The notes under the pieces: generated by a model
What the model was told of the DNA's origin: nothing
What the model saw: only the letters and a program-made list of their open reading frames with translations
The model's database searches: none
Made by a program: the position numbers and the translations under genes
Part shown: positions 36,301 through 47,778 of the stretch, in pieces
How positions within the stretch are numbered: the stretch's first letter is position 1
Layout of the letters: the number at the start of each line of letters is the position of its first letter
Source: Amphiscolops sp. MND2022
Taxonomy: Eukaryota
DNA length: 64,000 bases
Direction: 5' to 3'
NCBI GenBank assembly: GCA_964187785.1
Contig: OZ076409.1
Span: forward strand, 44,580,001-44,644,000

Positions 36301-38713
36301 CAATATGTTGGAGTATTTTTTGTTTTACCTAATTCGTCCTCATAAACACCATCTTTCACCCTTGCACTACGTTTTTTATCACATATATTATTTACACTGC
36401 CTATTGAAATAGAAACGCATTTGTAATATTATTTCAAGTAGGAAATACGGTGTTTTTTTCAACGGTTGCAATCTTTTTCGTGTAAGATAGTTGCCAATCG
36501 GCGTCCTGTTTACTGCGTAAAATCTTCACGTATTTCAAGTTGCTTACGCCATAGTTCGGAAATTCTTCCGAAACAAAAGAGCGCCAAAGCTGTTTCAGAG
36601 AAGGGGTGCCCGAAGAAGAAAAAATCTTAAACTCGAAAAACCATGAAAAAACAATCTCTCAATAAACGATATTCAAAATAAAGTGACGCCTTTGCAGATG
36701 ACAGTTGGTCTATTAGAGCTTCCAGTGAACCGTATAAATGATGGACAGATTTAAAAGACTGTGTCTTTATGTCTAGCAAGTGACACATCGGTCCCATGAA
36801 ACTAGAAACTTATTTTATACAGCTTATTCAACTTAATATTCGGAGTTTTGTATCTCTTTCTCACGCTGTTTTATCAATGGAAATGCATGTTAATGGTCAT
36901 GTAAACCAGTGAAACTAGCAGTATTTTCTGGTATTAATAGTTAGTATACAAATGTATTTGTACTATTGATCAGAATAGATAATGATAAGTTGCAAGGTAG
37001 AAGGTAACGCGGTCGAATTGAAGCCATTACTAGTCAATACGATGCGTGGACTTTTTACATGATTAGCCAATCAGATGCTAGCATTCTTTCATTCATTGGC
37101 TCATTCATCTAGTCTCATGTAGTCAATTGGACCGTAGGTCCACAGCATGAAAATTACGTAATACTATCAGAATATGTAAACAAATACCTGTCACGTACTG
37201 CTGTTGGTATAAGATTTAAAAAGCTTGTCGCTTTTACGTCCCCCCAATATATTTTAAAATGACAATCCCTATAGTGTTACTATTTACACTATGATCTCAT
37301 AGTGACGTAATTATAATTATTGTCTTAGGGGCCCTTTGCCCAACTCAAACGCCATTTTTAGTATCATGACAGCCACTCTTATGGAATGTCAAGCCTTTTC
37401 CATTATAAATAAAAGCACCTCGTGGTCCATGGAACACAATTCGAATATCTCAACCCTGCCACAATTCAATATCATTCTGAATACAATCCAATCTGTTCTT
37501 TCGAATACTTTCACAGTTGAATTTGCCTAGTTTGTGAGATTGATTGTGTCAATACTATTTCCGCAATGAAGTATAGCCAATTTCCTTGATGCCTTCAACT
37601 AGGAAACAGAAAGCAAACGAAAAGCGCTCAAGACGATTGGACGGCATGTTTGATAATATAGAAAAAACGGACGTTATGTGGGTGGTTTTCCAATACAAAA
37701 ACTGGAGAGTGACACTGATGATATAAATAATGAAGTGGACCTTGAGTCCTGTAGACTTAGGCAAGAGATGGTTCAAAATAGCGAGGACTTCAGATCATCA
37801 TGATAATGATTTTTAAACACAAACAGCAGAGAAAACTGTGAAATTACCATTGAGACTGCTAAGTTTACAAACTATGAGATCACGAGCCACGTTACAGGAA
37901 ATTCAACGAAATGAAAAGAGACTTAAACACACAATTTTCAGACTCTATAAATTCGGCGAAAAACGAAAAGGTGCTTCCGGCATTTCAAAGTTTGGTATGA
38001 GTGGCAGTCAAATGGCTGGGTTGTCGAGAAATGCTGACCAAAGGTCCAAAAGACTAAACGGGACCGCCGAAGTTAGAAAATCCTGGCGAATTCCCCCAGA
38101 GTTAGATCAAAACTTGAGTAATCAATGCAACCTAACTAGGGAGAACTCATTGGACTCCCAAAGAAGTGAAATTGATTACGACAAACGTCCAAGAGAAAAT
38201 ATAGAGAAGTTAAACCTGATTGAAGAATATATTGTATGACCTGGCCTTCCTTTTTCCGTGGCACTTCGCACTCCTCTAGGTCTCCCTTCGTAAGGAATGT
38301 AACCATAGCAGATCATGATTGCATTATTTACCAAAAAACGTTTGTGCTTTATTTCTCTTTAACATTATTGATAATCTCTTTTTTGATAATCTTCGTAATA
38401 TAGGCGTGTGGTGAAGTCATACCTTTGTCGAAGAAACCTTGGTTAACGTCATATGTTTGCGCTCTGATAATAATTGAAACCACAGATTTATGATTAATTA
38501 ACAACCTAATAACTAGTTAACTATTAATTCAATAATACACGTTTTATTCAAAAATTTGTTTGCTTTTCATTTTTCATACTAGTATTACTTTGAATTGTAA
38601 AATTCTTAAGCCCTGTTTTGAATGCTGACAATGGAGAAGGTTCTGAAAATACCTTTCTCAGGACTTGTTGCAAACTAGAGTAAGATGTGAGCCAACATTG
38701 TTTGATATAATAC

Positions 38714-38778
38714 TTCGGTTAACGTCATACTTTTAGCATGTCCCCGAAAGTATGACGTTAACCGAGGTCAACTGTACT
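38714..38778. mobile_element. Tc1/mariner-type MITE remnant (hairpin ending CAACTG|TA)
   Basis: CGGTTAACGTCATACTTT...AAAGTATGACGTTAACCG inverted repeat. Confidence 0.45.
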
Positions 38779-39029
38779 TCTAGCGGACTGAATAAAAAGC
38801 CATAAAAACGTTTTTAGGAGACAGACGTTTTTTCATGAAGCGCCGACTAAAAAATGATGCCTTTCAAAGTTCTTTCCAACGAAAGTACGTTATGCTCTTC
38901 AAGAGATTTTGCCGATTCACTAATTCACTTATTGGCAACGATTGAGTGTTCTGATAAATTGGAGAAGAATGGCAGTAATACTTGAATATGTCAATGAAAC
39001 GTTTCTATTATTATACAAACTCACATTGA

Positions 39030-39210
39030 AAAACATGTTTCACAAAAAATTTTGGTCAACAGATTTTTGATAAACAAAGAAACAAATTTTGGTCAACAAA
39101 TTTTTTTCTGGAAGAATCACTCTTCCAGGAAAAAATTGTTGACCAAAATTTGTTTGTTTGTTTGTTTATTAAAAATTTGTTGACCAAAATTTTTTGTGAA
39201 ACATGTTTTT
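39030..39210. repeat. Palindromic AT-rich element (~85-bp arms, 5-bp loop)
   Basis: AAAACATGTTTCACAAAAAATTTTGGTCAAC...GTTGACCAAAATTTTTTGTGAAACATGTTTT. Confidence 0.8.
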
Positions 39211-39642
39211 ATTTATTGTTTCAATGCCGGAGTCCGAATTGAATCAGTGTTTCTGAGTCCATTATTATCCCTTAATGCCTTATTGAGCTCATTATAGATT
39301 AATGTTGAATTTTTGCTGAATATAAACAATAATTATTAACTGCAATCATTAAATATTAGAGAACGGAATTGGCTCCAGATGTAAGCACCGCCCAATCACG
39401 GAAATGAATATTGTGATCCTGGCCCAACCTCAAGAAAACTTTTGCTTCTGAGGTTTTCTCTAACAAATTGATGTCAAGGCAAACAGAGCAGTTTGATTTT
39501 TGTCAGTCAGCAGTATGAGGCGTTTGTTTCTGCTCAAATAGCAGAGTTTTTTTCCAATCTTCGAAAACTACACAGCGAGGTTCAGACAGAAGATTATCAG
39601 ACTGAACTGATTTTCACACATTTTTAATTCTGTATTTTTCAG

Positions 39643-39900
39643 AGGATAGTACCGGTAGATCAATTAGTACTTTGGTAGTTACTGTGAGCCATACGACAAA
39701 CGGAAATCAAAACGACCCTTCACTGCTGACAGTTCAAGACGCACAATACCAGACCCAAGTTTACCCTCTTGATGCGACAGTTAGCGTTGAGACCAGTGGC
39801 AGCGACAAGTTACTCATATCTGGTCTGACTTCCGGGCACTGTTACTCAATTGATTACTCTGATTCAGCGTACGACGGTGATGCAGCAACGTTTTGCACAA
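39643..39900 (+). CDS. Internal phase 1-1 exon encoding an FN3-like domain
   Basis: tatttttcag acceptor, gtgagt donor, 258 bp open. LLISGLTSGHCYSI resembles the FN3 strand E-F motif (I.GL.PG..Y.I). Confidence 0.65.
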
Positions 39901-40143
39901 GTGAGTTTTAGTTCTTAGAGTACTACTACTGCTACTAGGTGACCCTCAAAAAAGGGTACATCATTTATTTTCCGGAACCGAATATTAATAAAATAACCCA
40001 ATAGTGAACAAAAACATTCGTCTCGAAACGTAGACCTGAACTTAGCTGTCAACCAAAAAGTGGCAATTTTATTTTCAAACTGTGATCCAAAATATTGCCC
40101 TGGCTAAATTTTTCGTTGTCAAAGTACACGAAAATACTGCCTC

Positions 40144-41146
40144 TGTCGGAACGTGCACAGGTCTTGTCTGACGCTGTGCTCTGATTGTTCCCTTCTCCAC
40201 TATTGGAGGATAACTTTTCGGTTAATGCCAAAACTAATCCAGTAAGATCGCTAATCTGTTTATTCATTTCTGAGAAGCGTTGATCGATCGATCTTTGCTC
40301 TGAGTTGTTATTAGTACGAATAAGATTTCCATCGTCTAACTCATCAATGTGGTCTCTAGAAAGGACCTCAGGGACACTACATTCACTTTCTGTATCGCTA
40401 CTTCTGTCATGTTTATCCATCCCGCTCATAAACACTGGGATAGAACTTCTTCCTTGGGAACGAGTATTGACCATTGTAAAGAACAAACGGAGTTTTTAAT
40501 GTTTTATTGAGTGTTGGTAGTAGTAGGTTGGAAACGTTGAATTTTGCAATATCAAGAACTAATGTGGTAAGCAACTGTACGTTATAACTACACAAAATCT
40601 ACTGATGGTACTATATTTGCTGGTGTCAATTATGGCGACGTTGGTCACGTGACCACATCAATCAATCATATCTCATTGCTCGTTCACACCTTGGTTGGTA
40701 ATTGCGCAATTTTTGGCGTAGCACCGAAACAGAACGCAATTGCGTTGAATTGCGTTGCTATAGTTACATGACTCAATATTTGGTATTGAATGTGGTTACA
40801 CTAATAGCATCATATGAGTGACTGACTAATCTATATATTGAATACGGGACTAATAGTGTTGAAATGAATTCTAATGATGATATGTCATCCACATTACTTT
40901 ACTACCAACTAAAAATGATGCGAATTTAGTTTACAGAATAAATGTATCAAATATACGAAAATGGGTGAATGAGGCAAGGTTATTTAGGGATTGCATTTGG
41001 CAAATTCGAGTTCGAGTTTCGTGATGTGGTTTGGTTCACCACATTTTCAATTTCCATTTGCTGTTTGCTGGTTTCTTCTTCATCTTTTAATATGTAGGGT
41101 GATTTCCTACATTATTGTATGTATTTTTCATGCCTCAGGCATGACA
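40144..41146 (-). mobile_element. Probable 3' LTR of a minus-strand LTR retrotransposon, with an ORF starting inside it
   Basis: TG...CA ends (TGTCGGAACG at 40144, ATGACA ending 41146). On the minus strand a PPT-like AAAAAGACCCGGAG precedes TGTCAT. The MVNTRS... coiled-coil ORF loses coherence at the boundary. No partner LTR in the window. Confidence 0.5.
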
Positions 41147-42206
41147 CTCCGGGTCTTTTTTGAAAAGAACATGTAATGGGGGTGGTGCAAATTTGTTTCT
41201 CATCGTTAGAGAGTTCGGTCATTGTATTCCCGTGAGCAATTTTGAGCTCGGTATCAATCGGCTGTTGGGAATGGCAGTGATGTTGTCATAGTAACCACAG
41301 TGGTAGCGGTTATTCGGTTTCACAACTGTAATGTTCAACTTGTCGATTCGTTGTTTGTATTGGCGAGCGAGAGGAGGAAATGGTGTTCGCGCATGGACCG
41401 AATCACTTCGGCCGAGAGTAAATAGTGAGTTGATGTGGTGATGTTAGCCACGTCATCCGGTCGTGCGCATTGTTGTTAGCAGTAGTAAGAGAATGAAAGT
41501 TGAACTCGCAGGAAATTAATGTAACGTGGCAGCGTATATAATTACTCAGCTTGGTTGGAAATCATTCTGAAGAGAATAGTGGAGGCAGTCGTGCGCTTTG
41601 TAAACAAATCTTCGTCGATGCCAAATACGAATCCGATAGAGCTTGTACACTGACTACATTGTTTACCGTTTTGCAGAAAGAGGCAGTTGGTGTCAGTATT
41701 GCGATAAATTGGATGGAGGTAGAAAACGTTTGCTAAAAGCGTCAGTTTTTCGATTGTTTTGAGATTAGATCAAATAACATAAACAGGATAGGGTAATTAT
41801 ACAATTAGTCTTTGTTGATGATTTGAGTAGCGGAACATGAAATATCCCTTTTGCCGTTACGGTAACTTGGGGTAAAACTGGAGTAATTATGGTTCTTGTA
41901 ATTCAGTTCCTCCTTTGTGAAACCATTTTTTTTGTAGAACAGTGGAAGGTTAGTTAAGCAGTAGCGATCATAATCATTCGAATCAGTTGATTCTTTGGGA
42001 GGGTAATTTTACTGGAGAATAACTTCGAGTTGTGGGTGGGTGCACTCTTTGAGGAATATGAGAATTCTCCGATACGAAATGATGTGGTTGATCAAGCCTC
42101 TTCATTGTCAAATGGAGATAATGAAATCTGGTAGATCGCAATGCTCACCGTTTGCCATAGGTCGTGAGTTTTTATATTAGCAGATATTGTTATCTTCAAC
42201 GATTGA

Positions 42207-43241
42207 ATGTCGGCCGTGGATCCGTCTTATGAGGAAGTATCCTCACTTGTGCAAGCACCTGAAAGTTTATTATCAGAGCTATTGAGCTTGGGTCAATCTT
42301 CGGATGGAGGCGATTTACCAGCGGGTGTTGATGACGTGCTGGCAGAAGGGACAGTCGCAGTTTGCTGCCGGTTTGCTGAACGTTCGGATGCGACAAATGT
42401 AGAGTCAGCTGTATCTCTGCTCGAGATAGCGTTATCTAACGAATTCCGTAAGTACTTGTCATTTGTTGTTGATTTTGTTGATTCTCGGGTAGGGTTGTAT
42501 GACACATCAAGGCAATTTAAAGACAATGGAATAACGATAAGGTGTAGGGCGCATACCGTCTCATTGTTTCTTCAGAACTTCCCGGGAACTATTGCCTCGG
42601 ATTCACTGTTAGGGCGGTTTTAACGGGTATGAGCTCATGTTTCATTTTGGCGTTGATATGTTCTAGAGGAACTGAGTTTGGTGGAGATTGTCAAGGTGCT
42701 GCGTGGCATGTTACGTACTGGTGAGCCATCATCGGGTACTTCTGGTGCCGCTGCAGAGGAGCCCAGACTCGAGAGCAATCTTATTGGTAGTGATTGGTGG
42801 CTTCGTTGTTTAGGTGATCCCTCCAGCGAGTCCCTATCTATGGTTACTCTGCTCGCATCAATCAATGAGCTTGAGAAGAAATTGTCGCATGTTGTGAAGG
42901 CTACTGTGGAATCGGCGCTGGGCCGGCTGGGCACTGTTGGTGCTATGGCTATTGGAGAGTTCAAAGAGCGTCTGAAGACTGTCGTCGTCAATGCAGCGAC
43001 TGCCGAGGAGGCGTCTGGGCCGTCGACCAGTGGTGGTACTGGTGGTATCCAAGCCTCGGTAGTTGCTTCAGTAGTTGCTCCGCCTGCTGGTTCAGTTACT
43101 GTTCGTGAGGGTGGGTCAATTGCGAGCTCCACTATGCCTTCAGCTTTCGGGGATGTCCGTTCTGCGATGACATCTGTTGTACCTCAGACTGGTGCTGTGA
43201 AACCTGGTAAAAATCTCATAAGATCACATGACGGGATTTAG
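42207..43241 (+). pseudogene. ~345-codon ORF of unknown family broken by three in-frame stops
   Basis: ORFs 42207-42623 and 42678-43241 share one frame; stops are TAA 42621, TGA 42630 and TGA 42654. Confidence 0.6.
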
Positions 43242-44030
43242 TAATAACGGTTAAAAAACTATGTTTCATACAAAGGTTTTTTTCTTTTTTGAGTTTTCTT
43301 TACGCTGAAGAAGGTTCCGTTATCAGCAGTGGTGCAGTAGTGTCTATTGCTTTTCAGTTCGGACCCGGAAAATCAAGACGCTGAAGCCGTCCTACTTTGT
43401 TTCTGGTGTCGTGGGAACTTTCGTGGGTTTTCCCCCGTGTCATCGACGGTTATGCCCGTTGTCTGCTGTGCAGGGCAGATCTGAGCATCGCTGGTCGTGG
43501 CTTATCTTCATTGTGGGATCATTGGAAGGGAGTCGAGCACACCAGATTGGAACAAAATATCGCATCATGACCCAAAGGCCACTACTTGATAAGTGTTGTT
43601 GAGCTGTAACGGCCGAAGAAGATCAAAGAATCAGGCGTGAACGGATGTCAGAACCACCGGTTTTCATGGAATCAGAGTTGAGTCTGACGGTCGAAGAGCG
43701 GATTGCCATCGAAGAAGAAGAGGAGGAGGAGAGTCAACGGCCACAGTTGTCCGAAGAAAGTACAAACTATTTGTGGTTGTGTAATTTCGTCGTCGCCTTT
43801 GCTAATTCAACGGCGTTTGACGTGGTTTTACGTCTCGTGGATGGTTGGTGTGCGTGTACATCAGCCGAGTTGCGGTTCGAAAGCAGGACTTTGAATTATC
43901 CTCGATGTCAGGTACGTGTTGCTTCTATTATTGTGTGTATAGGTTTTTCATAGATGTCGTTGTTATCAGTGCATTGTATGGCCTAGTTTTAAGTGAGGTT
44001 GTGCGTGTGTGTGTGTATGGGTGTGGACGA

Positions 44031-44733
44031 AACCAGAGTTGGTGGGACATAGACCCCACTTTTTACTAGGCCTTGGTGGGACGGGCACAAGGTGGAACAT
44101 AATAAGTGGGACACCATTTCACACATAGTGCAAAATGCCTAAAATTGAATAAGAAACCATTTGAGAAAATGTTCCACCAAGTGCCTTACACTCCACACCT
44201 ACACATTTTTACAGCGCCGACAAGCGGCCAAAAGTTGTCATCGATGAAATCCGCGTTTTTGATTGGTTAAACGGATTGTGTGTATGTCCCACCAACAATG
44301 CGTGAAATGGCCCCATGCGTCTCGGCCGCTGATTCGTCGGCGAGAATTCTGTGTGTATGTCCCACCAACGCGGGTAAAACACTTCGGCTTCTGATTGGTC
44401 GACGACTCCCCAAAGTGTATGTCCCACCAAGTGATGGGTTTTTGAAATGGGACGAACGCCGACATCGGATCGTCAAGTCGGAACTCGAATCGTTTTTATC
44501 GGTGTGAGTCCCACCAAGTATGATAATTTTTTTTGGTGATTGACCTCTTTATAGTTCATGTTGCTTCATTTGTAACACCGCATTACTATGATTCATTTAT
44601 GATATGTCCGACAGGGTATGCCCCAAAGTGCTTGTCCCACCAAGTACCAAGTTTTGAACAGGTTTTTGAACAGGACAAACCCTGATCGGTTCCAGTTTTG
44701 TGCAGTCGCTAAAAACGATTGAAGTTCCACCAA
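44031..44733. repeat. Array of GGTGGGAC/GTCCCACCAA motifs in both orientations
   Basis: Forward motifs at 44039-44112; reverse motifs end at 44180, 44295, 44368, 44430, 44517, 44643 and 44733. Confidence 0.8.
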
Positions 44734-45069
44734 GAATAATACTGAGATTTAACAGTAATGACAATTAGTAGAGTTGAGTTTTCTGATGAAAAATCCCCCA
44801 ACAAAATAAATAACAAAAAGATAATGAAGTCCCCCAACAGACCCATTTATTTAAAGACCCTCACCATCCCCCACCATGAGGGGTGCAAAATAAAAAACTA
44901 TTTGATAATTAAAAATTATCAATTGATTTGATTGTTAATTTGATAAAATAAAAAATTATTTGATAAATAACCTTCAAAAAATTCTATTAAATTATTTATT
45001 TTTGGTTTAAAATTTTTTGGTTTATTACAACAAAAACTGTCTTCAATGTCTCAAATTTGGCATAATTTT

Positions 45070-45670
45070 GCCCATCCCCCCGAGTAAACTGAAACAAGAG
45101 AAAGAGAAATACTGAACACAATGATTTGAAGGTCCTAATTAGTTATTTAGTTCTTTCAGTTTATTTTTTGGAATACGTTTTTTAAAAGGGCTTCAGAATT
45201 GAGAAAGTATATATGTCTTAGCGAAATTTCTAGCATTTATAAACTATTACATTATTTTTTGTTCAATAACTCACCCCCCCTCCCCACGCAAACGAGCTAA
45301 TTGAAACAAAAAGAAGAACAGAACACAAAGATTTGAAGGTCCTAATTAGTTATTTCAGTTTATATTTTACATGGGCTACTGAATAGAGAAATTAAATATG
45401 CCTCAGCGAAACTCTAGCATTTAAATATTAATTTATTCAATAAACCCCCACCGCAAACGAGTTGAATGAAACAGAAATGAAATACTGAGCACAAAAATTT
45501 GAAGGTCCTAATTTGTTATTTCAGTTTAATTTTTGGAATAAGCTTTCTTACAAACGCTTCAGAAAGGAGAAATTATATTTGCCTTAGCGAAAATTATAGC
45601 ATTTATAGATTAATTTGTTCGACACACAAACGAGGAAAATGAAAACAAAAAAGAAATACTGACCACAACT
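45070..45670. repeat. Degenerate ~170-205-bp tandem repeat (about 3 units)
   Basis: ATTTGAAGGTCCTAATT core near 45124, 45331 and 45497. Confidence 0.7.
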
Positions 45671-46019
45671 ACATGTACAAATCATATTACGTAATCAACT
45701 ACAAATCATATTAATCATGACGTCACAGCAGTCCTGACATTCGGTGAAAATTTCGTTCAGTCCCAGCATGGTTCGTAAACGGATTTACAAAATTTCAGTT
45801 TCGTTGACAATTGAGAATTCTCAGATTTCTCAGAATTCTTCTCCGATTGATCCTCATCATCGTCATTTTGTTTGCATCATTTGAATCGCTTTGCATTTGT
45901 TTGCATTATCCGCAACTTCCTGTCTTCATTTTGGATTACTTTAAGCGGATTATTTGTCAACTCTCTCAACATTCATCAGTGATGGATTAATGTTAACAAG
46001 CGCGTTCATGTTAATAACG

Positions 46020-46333
46020 GGTGAATTCCCAGATAACATAAGAGCAAATAACATAAAAACGAAAATAGTTTCAAATAACATGAAACTGAAATCAGTTTGA
46101 CTAAACATAAACAGAAAGAAAGCTTGTTTACGAGAAAGTTTTAGCTGTCAAAAGCATTCACAATTCAAAAGATTCACTCAAAAAAGTATGAAAATTAAAA
46201 ATAAAGTTTCGTGAGTTCGATTACTTAACCTGGTATTAGGTTTTATTTTTATGTTGTTCGAAATTAATTTCATTTTTATTTTAATTGAACCTAATTTTGT
46301 GCTATTTGTTCTTATTTTATTTGATACCTAATC
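46020..46333. mobile_element. MULE-like MITE, same family as 60294-60608
   Basis: GGTGAATTCCCA(G/A)ATAACATAA start; internal sequence shared with the 60294 copy. Confidence 0.55.
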
Positions 46334-46445
46334 GTTAAATACATTCCTATCATCGAATACAAACTTTGCAGTTGCGGAAAATTCCCATTTTAAACATTTC
46401 ATAGAGAAACTTTACGGCCGAATGTCGTTACCATTAAAAAAATGA

Positions 46446-46613
46446 GGATCTTTTCTGTTAATTCCCCACCACTGTCAGCGATGAGTTTCAGTTGCAGTTA
46501 GAGCTATAAAATACTGCAATTTGATTGTTTGTTCCTATTAATTCAGTGATAATTTCACTTGACCGTTTAACTGGGGGGAATTAAACTGGTGGGGGGATTA
46601 ACAGAAAAGATCC
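46446..46613. mobile_element. Small GG-ended MITE (Merlin-like)
   Basis: TIR GGATCTTTTCTGTTAAT; flanks AAAAATGA/AAAAATGC (7/8). Confidence 0.65.
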
Positions 46614-46839
46614 AAAAATGCTGCACGAAATCAGTTAATTTTTCCATTGAACTTAGTGAGAAATCTTTTTCAACAAAAGTGTTATCAATATGTTTCTAAC
46701 GTTAGAAATGAAACTTTTGTGTTAGAAATCCATCATTGATTTTCATCATCTGTTAAAGTCTTTGATTCAGTACGTAATTTTTGATTCAATACGTAATTTT
46801 GTAATGGTGAATTTCCAAATAACATAGTCCGGGGATAAA

Positions 46840-47215
46840 CAGGGATGTAAAAAATTATATTGTATTTAAATATATTGACAATGAATAAATAAAATATAGT
46901 TATTTGTGGTTTTGTACAAGGCAATTTATTTATTTTTTGATCCAATGTACTTGTGTTTTGGGCCATTATATTTTGATATTCATTTTAATGTTTGCAAGTA
47001 TTAAAAGAATTGTAGAATTTTGATCTTTCACGCGAAATACGCGAAGAGCCATTTCAGGAAGTTTCGTTAAAATTATTGAGGGTTATAAAAACAATATATT
47101 TTCTCCTCGCACAAAATTGGGCAATATATTTAATATATTCATTGTTAGTCAGCAACTATTAAATATATTTATTTTTTTTAAGATAAATATTTAAATACAA
47201 TATTTTACATCCCTG
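46840..47215. mobile_element. hAT-type MITE
   Basis: TIR CAGGGATGTAAAA; flanks GGGATAAA/GTGATAAA (7/8). Confidence 0.7.
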
Positions 47216-47604
47216 GTGATAAACGAATGGAATCCCTATATTCTAATCATTTCTAACCTATTTCAGTTCAAATTTTGAAATCATTGACATTTGAAAAACG
47301 TTCGCTTTATTTACTACAGCTTTCGCTCATTTATTACATATGGTATTTCAAAACGTACACGTACTTCCATTAAAATAGCAACGCGGTGTGATTTTGAGTA
47401 ATATTCAATGAAATAGCGGTGTCGGGTCACAAGTCCGAAGGATAAAATTAAAATTTTCTCGTCCAATAAGATTTCAGAAATCCAGCGTCGTTCAAGATTT
47501 ACCACACATACTTCTCTGCAATCTGATTGGCTGACGTGGTCGAACAGGAACGAAGTCCGTTCAAAGATGAAAAAATGAATTTTTCAATTTCCCCCAGTTA
47601 GACA

Positions 47605-47730
47605 TATTCACATACTCCTAGTGCCCTAAATGCAGGAGCAAAGCGAAGCGGAACGACGTGCCACATGACCATGCCTCAATGTTGCTACTTGCCGAAGGGA
47701 GCGAAGCGACCGAGCCATACAACAAATATG
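47605..47730. repeat. ~130-bp dispersed repeat; inverted copy at 58914-59041 and split copy at 52375-52720
   Basis: Shared CCTAGTGCCCT...CTCAATGTTGCTACTTG...GAGCGAAGCGACCGAGCCATACAACAAATATGC. Confidence 0.75.
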
Positions 47731-47778
47731 CTAAGTATTTTTCGGACTTGTGCAACCCAAATTCATTTTCGGACTTGT

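Noticed and set aside
37838..38239. 133-aa host gene
   Set aside because: GTG start, no domain; the tail (RPRENIEKLNL) only weakly suggests a decayed Gypsy integrase end
40138..41136. Solo LTR with 6-bp TSD TGCCTC (40138-40143 and 41131-41136)
   Set aside because: Possible, but a PPT-like tract next to 41146 and continued element-like sequence beyond it favour a 3' LTR ending at 41146; unresolved
44171..44733. CRISPR array
   Set aside because: Repeat only 10-18 bp, period irregular (62-126 bp), eukaryotic context, no cas genes, and the motif is dispersed inside transposon ends
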